64,000 bases of DNA, taken from contig CAVYGB010000010.1 of assembly GCA_963767925.1 (NCBI GenBank), forward strand, positions 384,001 through 448,000, given 5' to 3'. The translations under genes and the position numbers were made by a program. Within the stretch, counting starts at the first letter, position 1, and every line of letters begins with the position of its first letter. Shown here piece by piece: positions 46,621 to 59,500 of this stretch. Below the pieces are notes generated by a model. The model did not search any database. It worked only from the letters and a program-made list of their open reading frames with translations, and was not told the origin of the DNA. The DNA is from an uncultured delta proteobacterium (GTDB lineage: Bacteria; Myxococcota_A; Polyangia; Fen-1088).

Positions 46621-49074
46621 TCAGCGAGACCGCTTCTCCGGACGGGCCCGCCGCGCTTCCGGCGCTGCCGCGGGCGTTTTTGCGGGCCTCGCTGCCGGGG
46701 CTATTGCAGCCTTGGACCGGCCCCCGACGTAGGCCGCCAGGTGCTCGCCGGTGAGCGTCGACCTTGCCGCCACCAGGTCGGCCGGGGGGCCTTCGAAGAC
46801 GATCCGGCCGCCGTCGTGGCCCGCGCCCGGGCCGAGGTCGATGATCCAGTCGGCGTGGGCCATCACCGACTGGTGGTGCTCGATCACGATCACCGACTTC
46901 CCCGAGTCGACGAGCCGGTCCAGCAGGCCGAGGAGCTGCTCGAGGTCGGCCAGGTGCAACCCGGTTGTCGGCTCGTCGAGCACGTAGACCCCTCCCTCGG
47001 CCCCCATGTGGGTGGCGAGCTTGAGCCGCTGCCGCTCACCCCCCGACAGCGTGGTGAGCGGCTGGCCGAGCCGCAGGTAACCGAGCCCCACGTCGGCCAT
47101 GCGCTGCAAGATGGCGTGGGCGGCCGGCGTGTGCGCCTTGCCCCCGCCGAAGAAGCCGACCGCCTCCTCGACCGGCAGGTCGAGCACCTCGGCGATGTTG
47201 CGCCCGCCGAACCGGTACTCCAGGACCGACGCCTGGAACCGCCGGCCCTCGCAGTCCTGGCAGACCGTGGTGACCGAGGCCATCAGGCCGAGGTCGGTGT
47301 AGATCAACCCGGCGCCGCTGCAGGTCGGGCAGGCCCCCTCGGAGTTGGCGCTGAACAGGGCGGGCTTCACCCCGTTCTCCTTGGCGAAGGCCTTGCGGAT
47401 CGGCTCCAGCAGGTCGGAGTAGGTCGCGGGGTTGCTCCGGCGCGAGCCCCGGATCGGGCTCTGGTCGACCGACACAACCCCGTCCTTGCCCGACACCGAG
47501 CCGTGGATCAGCGAGCTCTTGCCTGACCCGGCCACCCCGGTCACGACCACCAGCACGCCGAGCGGGATGTCGACGTCGACCTTCTTCAAGTTGTGGGTGC
47601 TGGCGCCACGTACCTTCATCACCCCCGACGGCTTCCGCACCGCCGGCTTCAGGGCGGCCCTGTCGTTCAGGTGACGCCCGGTGAGCGTGTCGCTGCTCCG
47701 CAGCTCGGCGACGGTGCCCTCGAAGACCACCTCCCCGCCGGCGGTGCCGGCGCCCGGGCCCAGGTCGACCACGTGGTCGGCGATCGCTATCGTCTCGGGC
47801 TTGTGCTCGACAACCAGGACGGTGTTGCCCTTGTCGCGCAGGCGCAGCAGCAGATCGTTCATCCGCTGGATGTCGTGGGGGTGCAGCCCGATGGTCGGCT
47901 CGTCGAAGACGTAGGTCACGTCGGTCAGCGACGATCCGAGGTGGCGGATCATCTTGGTCCGCTGGGCCTCACCGCCCGAGAGCGTGCCGGAGGGCCGGTC
48001 CAGGCTGAGGTAGCCCAGCCCGATCTCCACGAACGAGTCGAGGGTGTGGCGGAGCGTCCCGAGCAGCGGCGCCACCGATGGCTCGTTCAGGCCACGCACC
48101 CACTCTGCCAGGTCGCTGATCTGCATCGCGCAGGCCTCGGCGATGTTGACCTTCTTGATCCGGGAGGAGCGAGCGGCCTCGTTGAGCCGGGTGCCGCCGC
48201 AGTCGGGACAGGGGGTGAAGGTGACCGCGCGCTCCACGAAGGCCCGGATGTGGGGCTGCATCGCCTCGACGTCCTTGGACAGGAACGACTTCTGGATCCG
48301 GGGGACCAGGCCCTCGTAGGTGAGGTTCATGCTCTGGATCTTCACCTTGGTCGGTTCCTTGTAGAGGAAGTCGTGGCGCTCCTGCTTGGTGTACTTGCGG
48401 ATCGGCTTTTCGGGGTCGAGAAAGCCCGAGGCGGCGAAGATGCGCACCTCCCAGCCGTCGGCCTTGTAGCCGGGGATGGTCAGGGCGCCCTCGGAGAGCG
48501 ACTTGCTGTCGTCGTAGAGCTGCGACAGATCGATGTCGTTGACCGAGCCCATGCCTTCGCAGCGCGGGCACATGCCGCCGGCGATCGAGAAGCTGCGCTT
48601 TTCGGTCTTCCCCCCGCCCTTGTCGACCGTCATCTGCCCGACCCCCTTGACCGAGGGGACGTTGAAGGAGAAGGCGTTGGACGAGCCGATGTGGGGCTTG
48701 CCGAGGCGGCTGAACAGCACCCGCAACATCGCGTTGGCGTCGGTCGCCGTCCCGACCGTCGAGCGGGAGTTGGCCCCCATCCGCTCCTGGTCGACGATGA
48801 TCGCGGTGGTCAGCCCCTCCAGCACGTCGACCTCGGGCCGGGACTGGCTGGGCATGAACCCCTGCACGAACGCGCTGTAGGTCTCGTTGATCATCCGCTG
48901 CGATTCGGCCGCGATGGTGGCGAAGACGAGCGACGACTTGCCCGATCCCGAGACGCCCGTGAAAACGGTCAGCCGCCGCTTCGGGATCTCCACGCTGACG
49001 TCCTTCAGGTTGTTCTCCCGGGCGCCCTGGACGCGGATCAGATCGTGGCTGTCGGCGGGATGTTTGGCGCTCAT
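46621..49074 (-). CDS. Class II UvrA-like ABC ATPase (DrrC-like)
   Basis: GARENNLK, GVSGSGKSS, CPRC/CPDC, LSGGEAQR, second GVAGSGKSS and LSGGERQR; 817 aa, shorter than class I UvrA. Confidence 0.9.
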   Translation of the reverse strand: MSAKHPADSHDLIRVQGARENNLKDVSVEIPKRRLTVFTGVSGSGKSSLVFATIAAESQRMINETYSAFVQGFMPSQSRPEVDVLEGLTTAIIVDQERMGANSRSTVGTATDANAMLRVLFSRLGKPHIGSSNAFSFNVPSVKGVGQMTVDKGGGKTEKRSFSIAGGMCPRCEGMGSVNDIDLSQLYDDSKSLSEGALTIPGYKADGWEVRIFAASGFLDPEKPIRKYTKQERHDFLYKEPTKVKIQSMNLTYEGLVPRIQKSFLSKDVEAMQPHIRAFVERAVTFTPCPDCGGTRLNEAARSSRIKKVNIAEACAMQISDLAEWVRGLNEPSVAPLLGTLRHTLDSFVEIGLGYLSLDRPSGTLSGGEAQRTKMIRHLGSSLTDVTYVFDEPTIGLHPHDIQRMNDLLLRLRDKGNTVLVVEHKPETIAIADHVVDLGPGAGTAGGEVVFEGTVAELRSSDTLTGRHLNDRAALKPAVRKPSGVMKVRGASTHNLKKVDVDIPLGVLVVVTGVAGSGKSSLIHGSVSGKDGVVSVDQSPIRGSRRSNPATYSDLLEPIRKAFAKENGVKPALFSANSEGACPTCSGAGLIYTDLGLMASVTTVCQDCEGRRFQASVLEYRFGGRNIAEVLDLPVEEAVGFFGGGKAHTPAAHAILQRMADVGLGYLRLGQPLTTLSGGERQRLKLATHMGAEGGVYVLDEPTTGLHLADLEQLLGLLDRLVDSGKSVIVIEHHQSVMAHADWIIDLGPGAGHDGGRIVFEGPPADLVAARSTLTGEHLAAYVGGRSKAAIAPAARPAKTPAAAPEARRARPEKRSR

Positions 49075-49529
49075 GCCAGCCTCGCCAGCAGGTCGGCGAG
49101 CTTGCCGCCCATCAGGTTCCACCCGTAGCGCGCGCCACCGAAGGCCTGCTTCTGGGCCGGCTTGAAGCCCGACTGCACCAGGGACAGGCGGGTGCCCGCG
49201 GGGGTCGGCGTGAGGGTGAAGGTCACCACGGTGTCCAGATAGAAGTCCTGGCCGCTGTCGCCGACGACCCAGGCGTAGCTGAGCTTCCGCTGCGCTTCGA
49301 TCTCGAGCACCCGGCAGCTCACCGTGCCGTCCCACCCGGGGTAGGCCGGCGCCTTGAAGGTGAAGGTGGCCCCCGGGGCGAGCGAGAGCTCGACGCTGGG
49401 CAGGAGCCACTGCTCCAGCAGCAGGGGGTCGGTCAGCGCGCGCCAGACCTTGGCCGGCGGATGCTGCAGATCGAATTCGAAGGAGAGGGCTTCGGTTTGC
49501 GAGGGGGCGGTCTTGTCTGCGAGGCTCAT
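49071..49529 (-). CDS. SRPBCC / AHSA1-like domain protein
   Basis: HPPAKVWRALTDP.LL.QW...LSYAW...TVVTFTL...GTRL.L.QSGF...GW. Confidence 0.9.
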   Translation of the reverse strand: MSLADKTAPSQTEALSFEFDLQHPPAKVWRALTDPLLLEQWLLPSVELSLAPGATFTFKAPAYPGWDGTVSCRVLEIEAQRKLSYAWVVGDSGQDFYLDTVVTFTLTPTPAGTRLSLVQSGFKPAQKQAFGGARYGWNLMGGKLADLLARLA

Positions 49530-49645
49530 GCGTCCATCTTCTCCAGCAGGTCTTCGAGGCGCTCGACGGATTCCGTCCAGAAGGCGCGGCCGTGCGCGAT
49601 CCAATCTAGGACTGACTGCAAGGCGATCTGCCTCGGGATGATGCT
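49526..49645 (-). pseudogene. 3' remnant of an ArsR/SmtB-type regulator
   Basis: LQSVLDWIAHGRAFWTESVERLEDLLEKMDA* with ATGA coupling to SRPBCC, typical of ArsR-SRPBCC pairs; HTH absent. Confidence 0.6.
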
Positions 49646-49804
49646 TGGTTCCGGGCGAGGATGCCACCGTCCGCTCCGACGGGCCCCCGCTAACGCCCGG
49701 GGTGGCCGGAGCAGTGGCCGCGGGCTGGGCCCGGGTGGTGAACCGTTCCTGTTTCGTGGGGCAGCTGGCGGCGGGCAGGTGGCCGGTGAGCGTGCAGACC
49801 TCCC

Positions 49805-51673
49805 GGTGCCCGCCGACTCGACCCCCAGGCCCCAGGGGGCGTAGAAGGCCGGCAGCGGATCGGGCGTCTTGAACCCCAGGATCTGCAAGACGCCCTCGTC
49901 GGCGACGGCCAGGGCCAGCTCCGCCCGCACCGGCTGGCCGCCGCTGCCGGACACGCGCACGCCAGCCCGCACCCGATCGCCGGGCTGGTAGGAGGGGCGG
50001 TCGGTCTCGACGGCGACGGTGAGCCGCCGGTCGCCGGCCTCGACGACAAGGTCCACCACGCCCATGCGGAAGCGCGGGCGCCCCGGGTCCCCCTCGCCGG
50101 TGCGGCCGCGCACCAGGACCACCGAGGCGAAGGCGTTGGACGCCAGCCGCGCCTCCACCGGGATCTCGATGGCCTCGCCGGTGGTGGCCCGCGGCCTGAC
50201 CGAATACGACAAGATGCCGTCGCGCTCGAGGGTGACGAGGGCCAGGGCCCCGGGGAGCTGGGTCTGGGGGACGAGGCGCGCCTTTGCCCGCGGGGTCGAG
50301 GACCAGCGTGCCGTCGCCGACCGGATCGGAGAACGACCGCTCCTCGTCGCCGGCCCAGTAGCGCCCGCTGTCCCACAGCGCGGCCAGGTCCTGGAAGGCG
50401 TAGCCCTCGAAGCCCGGGAGTCCGGCAGGCGGGCGCGCCGCCGCACCTGCCAGCTCACCTTCGCCCCCCGCAGGGGGCTGCCGTGCAGGTAGCTCGCCGC
50501 AGCGAGAAGGCGAGCTTGTCCCCCACGAACACGTTCTTGCGCGGGGTAGCGACCTTCACCTCGAAGATGCGCGGACGGTACTCCTCGACGGAGAAGCGCT
50601 CGCGGAAGGGTTGCCCGTCGATCTCGCCCCGCACCTGGTAGTCGCCCAGGCGCGCCTCGGCCGGCTGGACCAGGTCGCGCGAGAAGCCACCGAAGGCGCT
50701 GACGGGCAGCTCCTGCGCGGCGATGCTGACGCCGCGCGGGTCCTCCACGACCATCTTGATCGTGCGGCCGCGGGGGACCTTCATCCGGCCGGCCACGTCG
50801 ATGCGCCGGACCAGGCCGCGCAGGTGGACGGTGTCGCCCGGCCGGTAGAGCCCGCGGTCCGAGTGCAGAAAGCCGCGCACGCGCGCCTCGCCCCCGCCGC
50901 GGTCCTGGTCGAGGCCGAAGTTCCAGGCCTGCATGCCGTTGTTCCAGTTCGTGTCCAGCACCGCCAGATCGTCGCCGGCCCGGGCGCTGACGATGACCCG
51001 CCGGGCCCGGTACTCGTCCCAGCCCTCCCCGGCGTCGCCCTGCGGGCGCAGGCCGATCGGCTTGCTCGCCCCGGGCGCCAGCACGACCCCATCGGCGTTG
51101 CTCTTGCCGGTGTAGCGGACCTGCCCGCGCAGGTCGCGCACCTGCACCATCGCGTCGGGCACCGGCCGCCCGGTCGACAGGCGCACGACCCAGACTTGAA
51201 GGTCGTGGCACGGTGACAGCGGGCGTGCGCGGCTGGTGCAGGGCCGCCCCGGTCACCGCCAGGTCCTCGACGGCGATCCGCTGGTTGACGAAGCGGGTCC
51301 CTGGCCAGCGCGCCAGGGTGACGTTCGAGGCCAGCGCCAGGGCGGGGTGCAGCTTCACCTGGTAGGCGGTCGAGGGGCGAAGCCGAACTTTGGGGAAGAA
51401 GGCCAGCGTCGCGGCATCCAGCCAGCGGGTCTCGCCCTCGAGGGCCGGTGAGATGTCGAAGGCAGGCCCCCCGACCGGTCGCCCCGGTCTCCCGGCGGGG
51501 GCCACGGGTCTGTCGAAGGTCACCCGGATGCCCCGGTCCAGCCCGTCCCCGCCGACCTCGCTGCCCGCTGGCGTCACCTGCAAGACCCGGGCGACATGTC
51601 GGGATCGGTCGCAGGCCCCGAGGCAGGCGATCGCGGCGGTCAGGACGAGGAGAGACGCTCGGTTGCACGGCAT
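49805..51673 (-). pseudogene. Bacterial alpha-2-macroglobulin, internally deleted and truncated
   Basis: Lipobox CLGAC + VTFDRPV; SDRGLYRPGDTVHLRG..EEYRP; LVTLERDG..YQPGD..LAVADEGVL; no CxEQ thioester region. Confidence 0.8.
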
Positions 51674-51890
51674 GCCGGGATCCCCCAGCAACCGCTGCGC
51701 CAGCCCAGGTCAGCGCGGCGGGCGGGCCACCGCTCCCGCACGCGGGGACGTCAGATACGTTCTATCGATCGTCGAAACCTTCGCCACGGTGACGCTTCAT
51801 CGACGGAGAGCGGCAAGCGCCTGAACCGCACCTCGAGGTCTCGGAGGCGGGCATTTTGTGGCTCAGGGCGACCATCGCCGCCGCTGACCG

Positions 51891-53438
51891 CTATTCCGAC
51901 TTGCGGTGAACGACGTGACAGCCCCTCGCCGGATGTTCGGGATAGTCACCCGGGGTTCGCATGCGGGCGACGGTCTCGTAACCCTGCTCGACGGCCTGGA
52001 CGAAGCGGGGGTGGTGCTGGGTGAGAAGCTTCGTGCAGACCGCGACGACCGCCGGGCGGTATCGATCGAGCGCCGCGACGAGCGCCTCGTCGGTCAAGCC
52101 GCCGCTGACGATCCGCTTGTGGGCGATCAGGACCAGCGCCGGCGGGGTCCGCCGCCGCGCCAGGAACGCGAGGATCGGCCGGTCGACGATGACGAAGTCG
52201 GCGGCGCTGCTGCTCCGGGCGATGGCGTCCGCGACAACCCCCAGCGACGCTTCGGTCGTGTTGTTGTACCAGCGGCGCCAGTAGCCGTGGTTGCCGGCCT
52301 GGGTGACGACCACCGCGCCCGAGACCAGCGCCAGCAGGGCCGCTCCCACCCGGCCGGCGGCTCCCGGGCGGTCGAGCAGCCGGGCGCAGCGCTGGCTGGT
52401 AGCCACGGACAGGGTCACCGCCATCGGCAGGAGGAGGTCGGGCAGGTGGTGCGCCCACAGCGGGCGGTGGTTCACGATCCACAGAACCACCACCGCCAGC
52501 CAGACCAGCACCACCCGCTGCCGGCCGTCCGGCTGCCCGCGCAGGGTCGCCGCCGCGGCCAAAATGACCCCGCCATAAAACAGCGGCATGCCCGGCGCGA
52601 GCAACATGAGCCGGCGGACCGCGTCGGTGTGGCGAACGTCGGCCTCCCAGGCCGTCACGTGCGGCTGGACGAGCTGGGACCAGGCCTGGGCGGGCGCTTG
52701 CAGGGCCAGCACCACGCCGACAACGACGAGGAGACTGCCCCCGCCCCACAGGGCCGCCGGTAGCCGCCGGCCAGTCGGCTCCACAGTGGATCGACCCCAC
52801 CAGCAGGCCGCCGCCACGATCGGCACGAAATAGACGGTGGCCAGCTTCGTCATCAGCGCCAGCCCCAGCAACCCGCCCGCCGCGACCCACCAGCCGGGCC
52901 GCCTCGACGGGCCCCCGCCGAGGGCGCAGAGGAGCGCGCAGAGGCCGAGGCAGGTAGCAGGCGTCGTGATCAGGACCGCCGTGCTGAACTTCAGGAAGGG
53001 GGCGCAGGCCAGCAGGATCCCGGCGCAGAGGGCGCCGGCCAGCGGACCGGCCAGGGTCGCGGCGACCGCCGCGGCCAGGACCAGGGTTGCCACACCCGCC
53101 GCCAGCGCCAGGGCCCGGCCGGTGGCGACCGTGCTGCCGAACCCCTTCATCAGCGCCGCCAGCAGCTCGGTGTGGAGCGGCGCCTGATCCGAATAGATCT
53201 CTCGGTACAGGTCATGTCCCTCGGCGACCATCATCGCCTTGAGCAGGTTGATGCCCTCGTCTTCGTAGAAGCCATAACGACCCTGCGCCCACCTCAGGAT
53301 CAGCAACCCGCTGGTTGCGACGGCAAACGCCATGACGGCGCGCCGTGGTCCGTCGGGCGCAAACGCATTTCGCCAGCGCTTGCTGGGTCCGGCGCCCGTC
53401 CGCGCGGGCGGCGACGTTCTCCCGGTGGTTCTTCGCAT
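51891..53438 (-). CDS. GT-C family (ArnT/PMT-like) glycosyltransferase
   Basis: YEDEG..LY.EI.SDQAPL, GLALMTK, many TM helices; start uncertain (53438 or 53333). Confidence 0.78.
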   Translation of the reverse strand: MRRTTGRTSPPARTGAGPSKRWRNAFAPDGPRRAVMAFAVATSGLLILRWAQGRYGFYEDEGINLLKAMMVAEGHDLYREIYSDQAPLHTELLAALMKGFGSTVATGRALALAAGVATLVLAAAVAATLAGPLAGALCAGILLACAPFLKFSTAVLITTPATCLGLCALLCALGGGPSRRPGWWVAAGGLLGLALMTKLATVYFVPIVAAACWWGRSTVEPTGRRLPAALWGGGSLLVVVGVVLALQAPAQAWSQLVQPHVTAWEADVRHTDAVRRLMLLAPGMPLFYGGVILAAAATLRGQPDGRQRVVLVWLAVVVLWIVNHRPLWAHHLPDLLLPMAVTLSVATSQRCARLLDRPGAAGRVGAALLALVSGAVVVTQAGNHGYWRRWYNNTTEASLGVVADAIARSSSAADFVIVDRPILAFLARRRTPPALVLIAHKRIVSGGLTDEALVAALDRYRPAVVAVCTKLLTQHHPRFVQAVEQGYETVARMRTPGDYPEHPARGCHVVHRKSE

Positions 53439-53591
53439 GGCTTGCGCTCGCCCCTGCCCGATATTCGTCCCGCGCGACAATCGTCTTGCCTCCGGTTCCC
53501 GCCGCCGTTGACGGCGATCTCGGCCTGACCGCCCGGCCGCCGGCGATTGGAGCCATTCACGCCAGGCCCTTCCTCCCACCAAGGAGAGTTC

Positions 53592-56500
53592 GTGAATCAC
53601 TCATTTGCTCACGGCCGAATCTGGCAGACCACCGGATTTCTGATCGTCTCGCTGGCCGGCTGCCTGCTGTCGTGTGACGACGGGCCAGCCGGCGACCGGA
53701 CGGCGATGGATCCAGGGACGGACCAGGTCGGGCGCCGGCCCCCGGGACCGTCCGCGCTGCCCGGTCTGGTGGACACCGGAACCGACGTGGGCGCCCTCCC
53801 CGCGAGGTACTACGTCGGGGCCAGCGGCGACTTCAGCTACGTGGTGCCGCTGTGGACGCCGGCGGGCCGCAACCGCGTCGAGCCGGACCTGTCGCTCACC
53901 TACTCGAGCGGAGGATCCGAATCTGTCCTCGGCCAGGGCTGGACGGTGCGCGGCCTGGGCGAGATCCGACGGTGCAGCCACGTCTCCTCCCGCCTGGAGC
54001 GGCCGGCCCCTCTGCGCTGGGATGCCGAAGCCCACTTCTGCCTCAACGGTACCCCGCTGGTGCTCGTCGCGGGGGCCAACGCCGAGCCAGGGGCCGAATA
54101 CCGGACCGAGCCGGACACCTTCGCGAAGGTCACCGTCCTGCGGGCCGATCCGCTCGGTCCGCTGGAGTTCGAGGTCCGCAGCCGCGAGGGGCGTATCCAC
54201 CGCTACGGCAGCGCGGCCGACGCCCGGGTCGAGGGGCAGAAGGTGACCTGGTCGAGCGACCAGGCCGCCCCCCGGAGCGCGGCCCCCACCCGGACCCTCC
54301 AGATGGTCCGCCTCTCCTGGCTGCACGCCGCGACAGAAGATCGCCACGGCAACCGGTTCACCGTCCAGTACCAGCATCCGGCCGAGGCCGGCCAGGAGGG
54401 TGGCTTCCAGGAGCCCCTTCCTACCGCCATCGACTACGTCTTCACCGCCGGGGCGCCCACCCGCCGGGTCCTGTTCTCGTACCTGCCGCGGCCCGAGCCC
54501 ACCTCGCTCCGGCGGGAGTTCGTGGCCGGCCTCGAGTTCCGCCGCACCCGCCTGCTCGAGGGGATCGAGATGCAGGCGCCCGGTGCGGGTGGGGTCCAGA
54601 CCGTTCGCCACTACCGCTTCGCCTACGAGACGTCCCCCGCCACCCGGCGCCCGCTGCTGCGGACCATCGAGGAGTGCGACGGCAATCCCCGCGGGGCCAC
54701 CCGGGCCGTGAGCTGCAAGCGACCCACCACCTTCAGCTACGACCCCGGCAGCAGGGAGTTCGTCGAGCGCCGCCTGCCCGCCCCCGACACGAGACAGCCG
54801 GGGCTGGAGAAGTTCTGGGGCTTCCAGACGGCGGACATCGACAACGACGGCCGCGACGACCTGGTCTACCGGGCGATGCCCCGGGGGCAGCGCAACCCGA
54901 ACTGGTATTACCGGCGCAGCACCGGCACCGCCTTCGGGGCGCCGGTGGAGATGAGCGTCGGAGACAAGGGCCAGCTCAATGATCTGGTGCTGGTCGATCT
55001 GGACCAGGACGGCTTCATCGACGCGGCCCGGGCCGATCCCGCCACCCGCACCGTGCGCTACTTCCGCAACCAGGCCGGCACCTTCCAGCCCTTCCCCGAG
55101 AGCGCGCCCGGCGCCGAGAGCGCCAGCGCCAGTCTCCTCACCGCGGTTCACATCGGCGACTACAGCGGCAAGGCCCGCCTGAGCATCCTGCGGCCGCGCA
55201 ACGACGGCCGCTGGGGCTACCGGGCCCTCGTCGCCGGCCAGATCGGAGGGGTCAGCGATCCGCTCGACCTCGCCTTCGATCCCGCGGGCAGCCCGACGGT
55301 CTGGAACGGATACAACGTCGACCTGGACAACGACGGGGCCCTCGAGCTGCTGAGCCTCCCGGTGGCCGCGCCTCGCAACCGCCTGCGGGCCCTGGTCCAG
55401 CAGGACGTGCCGCTGTCGGCGCCGGGCGGTGGGGACGACGCCGCCCACTTCTCGACCCAGGACACGACCCTGCTGACGGCCGCCGAGGGCGAGCAGATCC
55501 GCTACTACTTCGCCGACCTCAACGGCGACGGCCTGAGCGACGCCATCCGCCTCATCCAGGGCGGGGAGGCCATCGAGACCCTCCTAAACTCCGGGGCCGG
55601 CTTCGCGCCACCCGTCCGCCACGACGAGCTGCTGGGCACCAGCGCCAACCTGCGGGTGGGGCCGGGCGCCGTGCGGGACGACCTGGCCGACCCGGGCCTG
55701 CAGACCCTGGACTTCGACGGCGACGGTCGCCGCGACATCATCCTGTTCGACAACGGCGCCGTCCGCGATCGCAGCCTGGCCGGCAACACCGCCACCCGGA
55801 GCAACGTGACGGTCCTGCTCAGCCGGGGCGATCGCTTCGAGCCGCTAACGACGGCGATCCCCATCGGCGCCCCGGCCGACGGCAAGACGGCCCTGCCGGG
55901 CAGCGGCCCCTTGCACGACTGGAAGCAATCCCGGCTGCTCGACGCCAACGGCGACGGGCTGCTCGACCTGGTGCAGGTGGACCAGGACGGCACCATCCGG
56001 CTCGCCCTCCGGCAGGGCAAGCGGGCCGACCTCCTGCTCGCGGTCAAGGACGGCATGGGCAAGCGGATGGACGTCACCTTCGCCCCCCTGATCGACGCCG
56101 AGACCTACCAGCCCGGCTCGGGCTGCGTCTTTCCCCAGCACTGCGCCCGCCGGGGGCGCTGGCTTGTCGAGAGCTACCGGGAGGACAACGGCATCGGCGC
56201 GGCCCAGAACGAGCAACGCTTCCGCTACGAGGACGGGCGGACCGATCTCGAGGGCGGCGGCTTTCTCGGGTTCGGCAAGACAACCCGGGTCGACCTGGCC
56301 AGCAGCACCACCACCGTCGAGACCTACGACCTGGCCTTCAAGGAGCGGGTGCCGCCGCTGCACCACGGAGCCGCCGAGCCGACGATCTTCTCCCGGCGCT
56401 GGGTCCCGCAGGTGCGCACGGTGGAGACCAACGATCGGGGGACGATCCGCCGGAATACCAGCACCAGCGCCGGCGAGCTGGTCCCCACCAACGGGGGGGC

Positions 56501-59500
56501 GACCTACTACTTCCGGGCCTCCAGCTACCGCCTGGTGGACGAGGAGGTGCGCGCCGCCGGCAGCAAGGTGCTGCGCACCGTGGAGCGCACCTTGCGCTAC
56601 CGCCCCGAGGAGAACGACTACGGCCTGCTGGCCTCGGAGGAGACCCGCACCTCGAGCGACGCCGGCGAGCTGATCGAGATCTCCTCGAACACGTTCGACA
56701 ACCTGCCCGGACCCTGGCTGGTGGGCCTGCTGCGGACGAACCTCCAGGAGGGGCAGGCCAACGGCAAGGGCGAACGCCGCACCACCACCTACCAGCGCAG
56801 CGCCGTCACCGGCGAGGTGGAGTCCTTCGCCGTGGGCGAGCCCGACCAGGACACCTACCTCGCGACAAGCTTTACCCGCAACGGGTTCGGGCAGGTCATC
56901 GCCACCCGCTACGAGACGCGCGATGCCGGCGACGGCTCGGCCCACGTGCGGGAGGAGGCGGTGGGGTTCGACGGCGACTCGGTCCATCCCCACACGATGA
57001 CCAACAGCCTGGGACACGTCTCGACCGTGGTCAGCAATCCGGTGTTCGGCTTGCCCGAGTCGCTCACCCATCCCGGCGGCGCGGTGACCACCTACAACTA
57101 CGACCGCTTCGGGCGGCGCCGGCGGGTCAACTATCCCGGCGGGGGCGGCGTGAGCTGGAGCTACAGCCGCGACGTCGAGGAGGGCTCCCGTTCCTCCGAC
57201 GAGCGCTTCGTCATGAAGGCCCTCGAGGAGATCGACGGGGGCGGCGAATACCGCTCGGTCCACAACCGGGTCAACCAGGTGATCCGCCGGGAGACGCGCA
57301 ACCTGGGGGGCAAGGTCAGCTACTCGAACGCCGCCTACAACGACCTCGGCTTCCTGGCGGCCTACACCCGGCGTGCCCTGGTCGGGTCGGCCCCCGGACC
57401 GAGCACCCAGATCGACTACGACGAGCTGGCGCGGGTCACGGCCCGGACCCGTCCCGAAGACGGCGCGGGCGCGGGGTACGGCACCGCGGTGGCCAGCGCC
57501 GGCTTCGAGGAGCGGACCGTCACCACGACCGACGACGTGGGCCGGACCCAGCGCATCGTGGAGAACGAAGTGGGGCGGGTGGTGCGGACCGAGCTGCGCA
57601 ACGACGCCGGCCAGTGGGTGCCGACCGCGTTCACCTACCATCCCTGGGGCCTCGTGGAGAGCGTGGTCCGGCGCGACGGAGCCGGCCAGGCCAGCCAGAC
57701 GGTGACCGCGGAGTACGACTCGCTCGGGCGCCGCACCAAGCTGGTGGATCCCGACGCCGGGACCACGGCCTTCGCCTTCAACGGCTTCGGAGACGTGCGG
57801 GAGGAGACCGACGGCAACGGTCGCGTCTCGACCTACGTCCGCGATGCCCTGGGGCGGGTGACCGAACGGCGCGACCCCGACGGCGTGACCCGCTTCGTCT
57901 TCGACAGCGCCGAGCACGGGCTGGGCCAGCTCGCCGAGAGCAGCAGCCCGACCGGGGTCCGACGGCAGTTCTTCTACGATCGCTTCGGGCGGATGCGGGC
58001 CCAGACCTGGACGATCGGGGCGACCGACTACCGCATGGAGTACACCTACGACCCCCATGGCCGCCTGGAGACGCTGAGCTATCCCGAGACGCGGGGGGGA
58101 GAGCGCCTGGTGGTGCGGCAGGAGTACGACCCCTACTCGGGACAGATGTTCCGGGTCACCGACGCGCGGACCGGGCGGCGGTTCTGGGAGGCCCGCGACA
58201 GCGCGGAGGACGGCCAGCTCAGCGAGGAGCTGTTCGGCAACGACCTCACGACCCGCTACGGGTACTCCGAGCGCACCGGTCGGGTGGCGAGCATCCGGAC
58301 CGGGAAGGCGGGCCAGAAGGATCGCCTGCGGGACCACTCCTACGACTACTGGGCGGACGGCAACCTCCTGCGCCAGTCCGATCACCGGACCAACCAGCAC
58401 GAACGCTTCGAGTTCGACGCCAGCAACCGGGTCCGGCGCTGGGTGCGCGCGGAGGCCGACGGCCGCGAGCAGGCGGGCGGCTGGAAGGTCGACTACGGCT
58501 TCGACGACTTCGGCAACCACACCTGGCGCCGGTTCACCCCGGGCAAGCATTCGGGCGGGGCGGTCCAGGACCTGCGCTTCGAATTCGAGGAGGGATCGGA
58601 TCGCCTCCTGGCCGCCCCCTGGGGCCGGTTCGAATACGACGGCCGGGGCCAGCAGGTGCGGCGCCCCGACGGCGAGACCATCGACTACACGATGTTCGGG
58701 CTGCCCCGGCGCATCGACGGCCCGCGGGCGGCCACCTTCCAGTACGACGCCAACGGGCAGCGGGTCGAGAAGCGGCATTCCGACTCCGACTCCACCGTCT
58801 ACCTGCCCGGATTCTACGAGAAGCGGACCGCGGGAGCGGACGTCCAGCACGTGTTTTACGTCCAGGCCCGGTCGACGATCGTGGCCCAGGTCCTGCGCGC
58901 GGAGGGCAGCGGCGAGGAGCGCACCCTGTTCCTGCACACCGATCGGCTCGGCTCTGTCGATTCGGTCAGCGACGAGGCGGGCAAGGTCGTCGAGCGATCC
59001 CGGCGCGATCCCTTCGGCAACCGGGTTGACGACTTCAACCGCCCGGCGCTCCGGGGCGCCACCGGCAAGCGCCCGGCCGGGCCGGTCCGCCTGGGCTTCA
59101 CCGGCCACGAGCAGGACGACGACCTCGGCCTGGTGAACATGGGCGGGCGGCTGTACGACGCGCGCCTGGGTCGGTTCATCACGCCCGATCCGCTCATCCG
59201 CGAGGCGCTGCACGGGCCCAGCTACAACCGCTACAGCTACGCCCTCAACAACCCCCTGCGCAACGTCGATCCCACCGGCTTCAGCGAGGTGGAGGTGGAC
59301 GCGGCCACCGCCAAGGAGCTGGAGCAGGCCGGCTTTCAGTGCACCGGCTCGGGCAGCACCGTGACCTGCGACGACGGCGGCGGGGTGGAGGAGATCAACA
59401 TCGTCGAGGAGTCGGAGTGCAAGCCGTATTACATCGAGTGCCGCGACGACGACGACAACGGCCGCTCGGACACCTCCTCGGCCGGTGGCGGCGGCGGCGA

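Noticed and set aside
46621..49074. Antibiotic biosynthetic cluster implied by DrrC-like and DrrAB-like genes
   Set aside because: They are over 20 kb apart and no PKS, NRPS or other biosynthetic core is in the window
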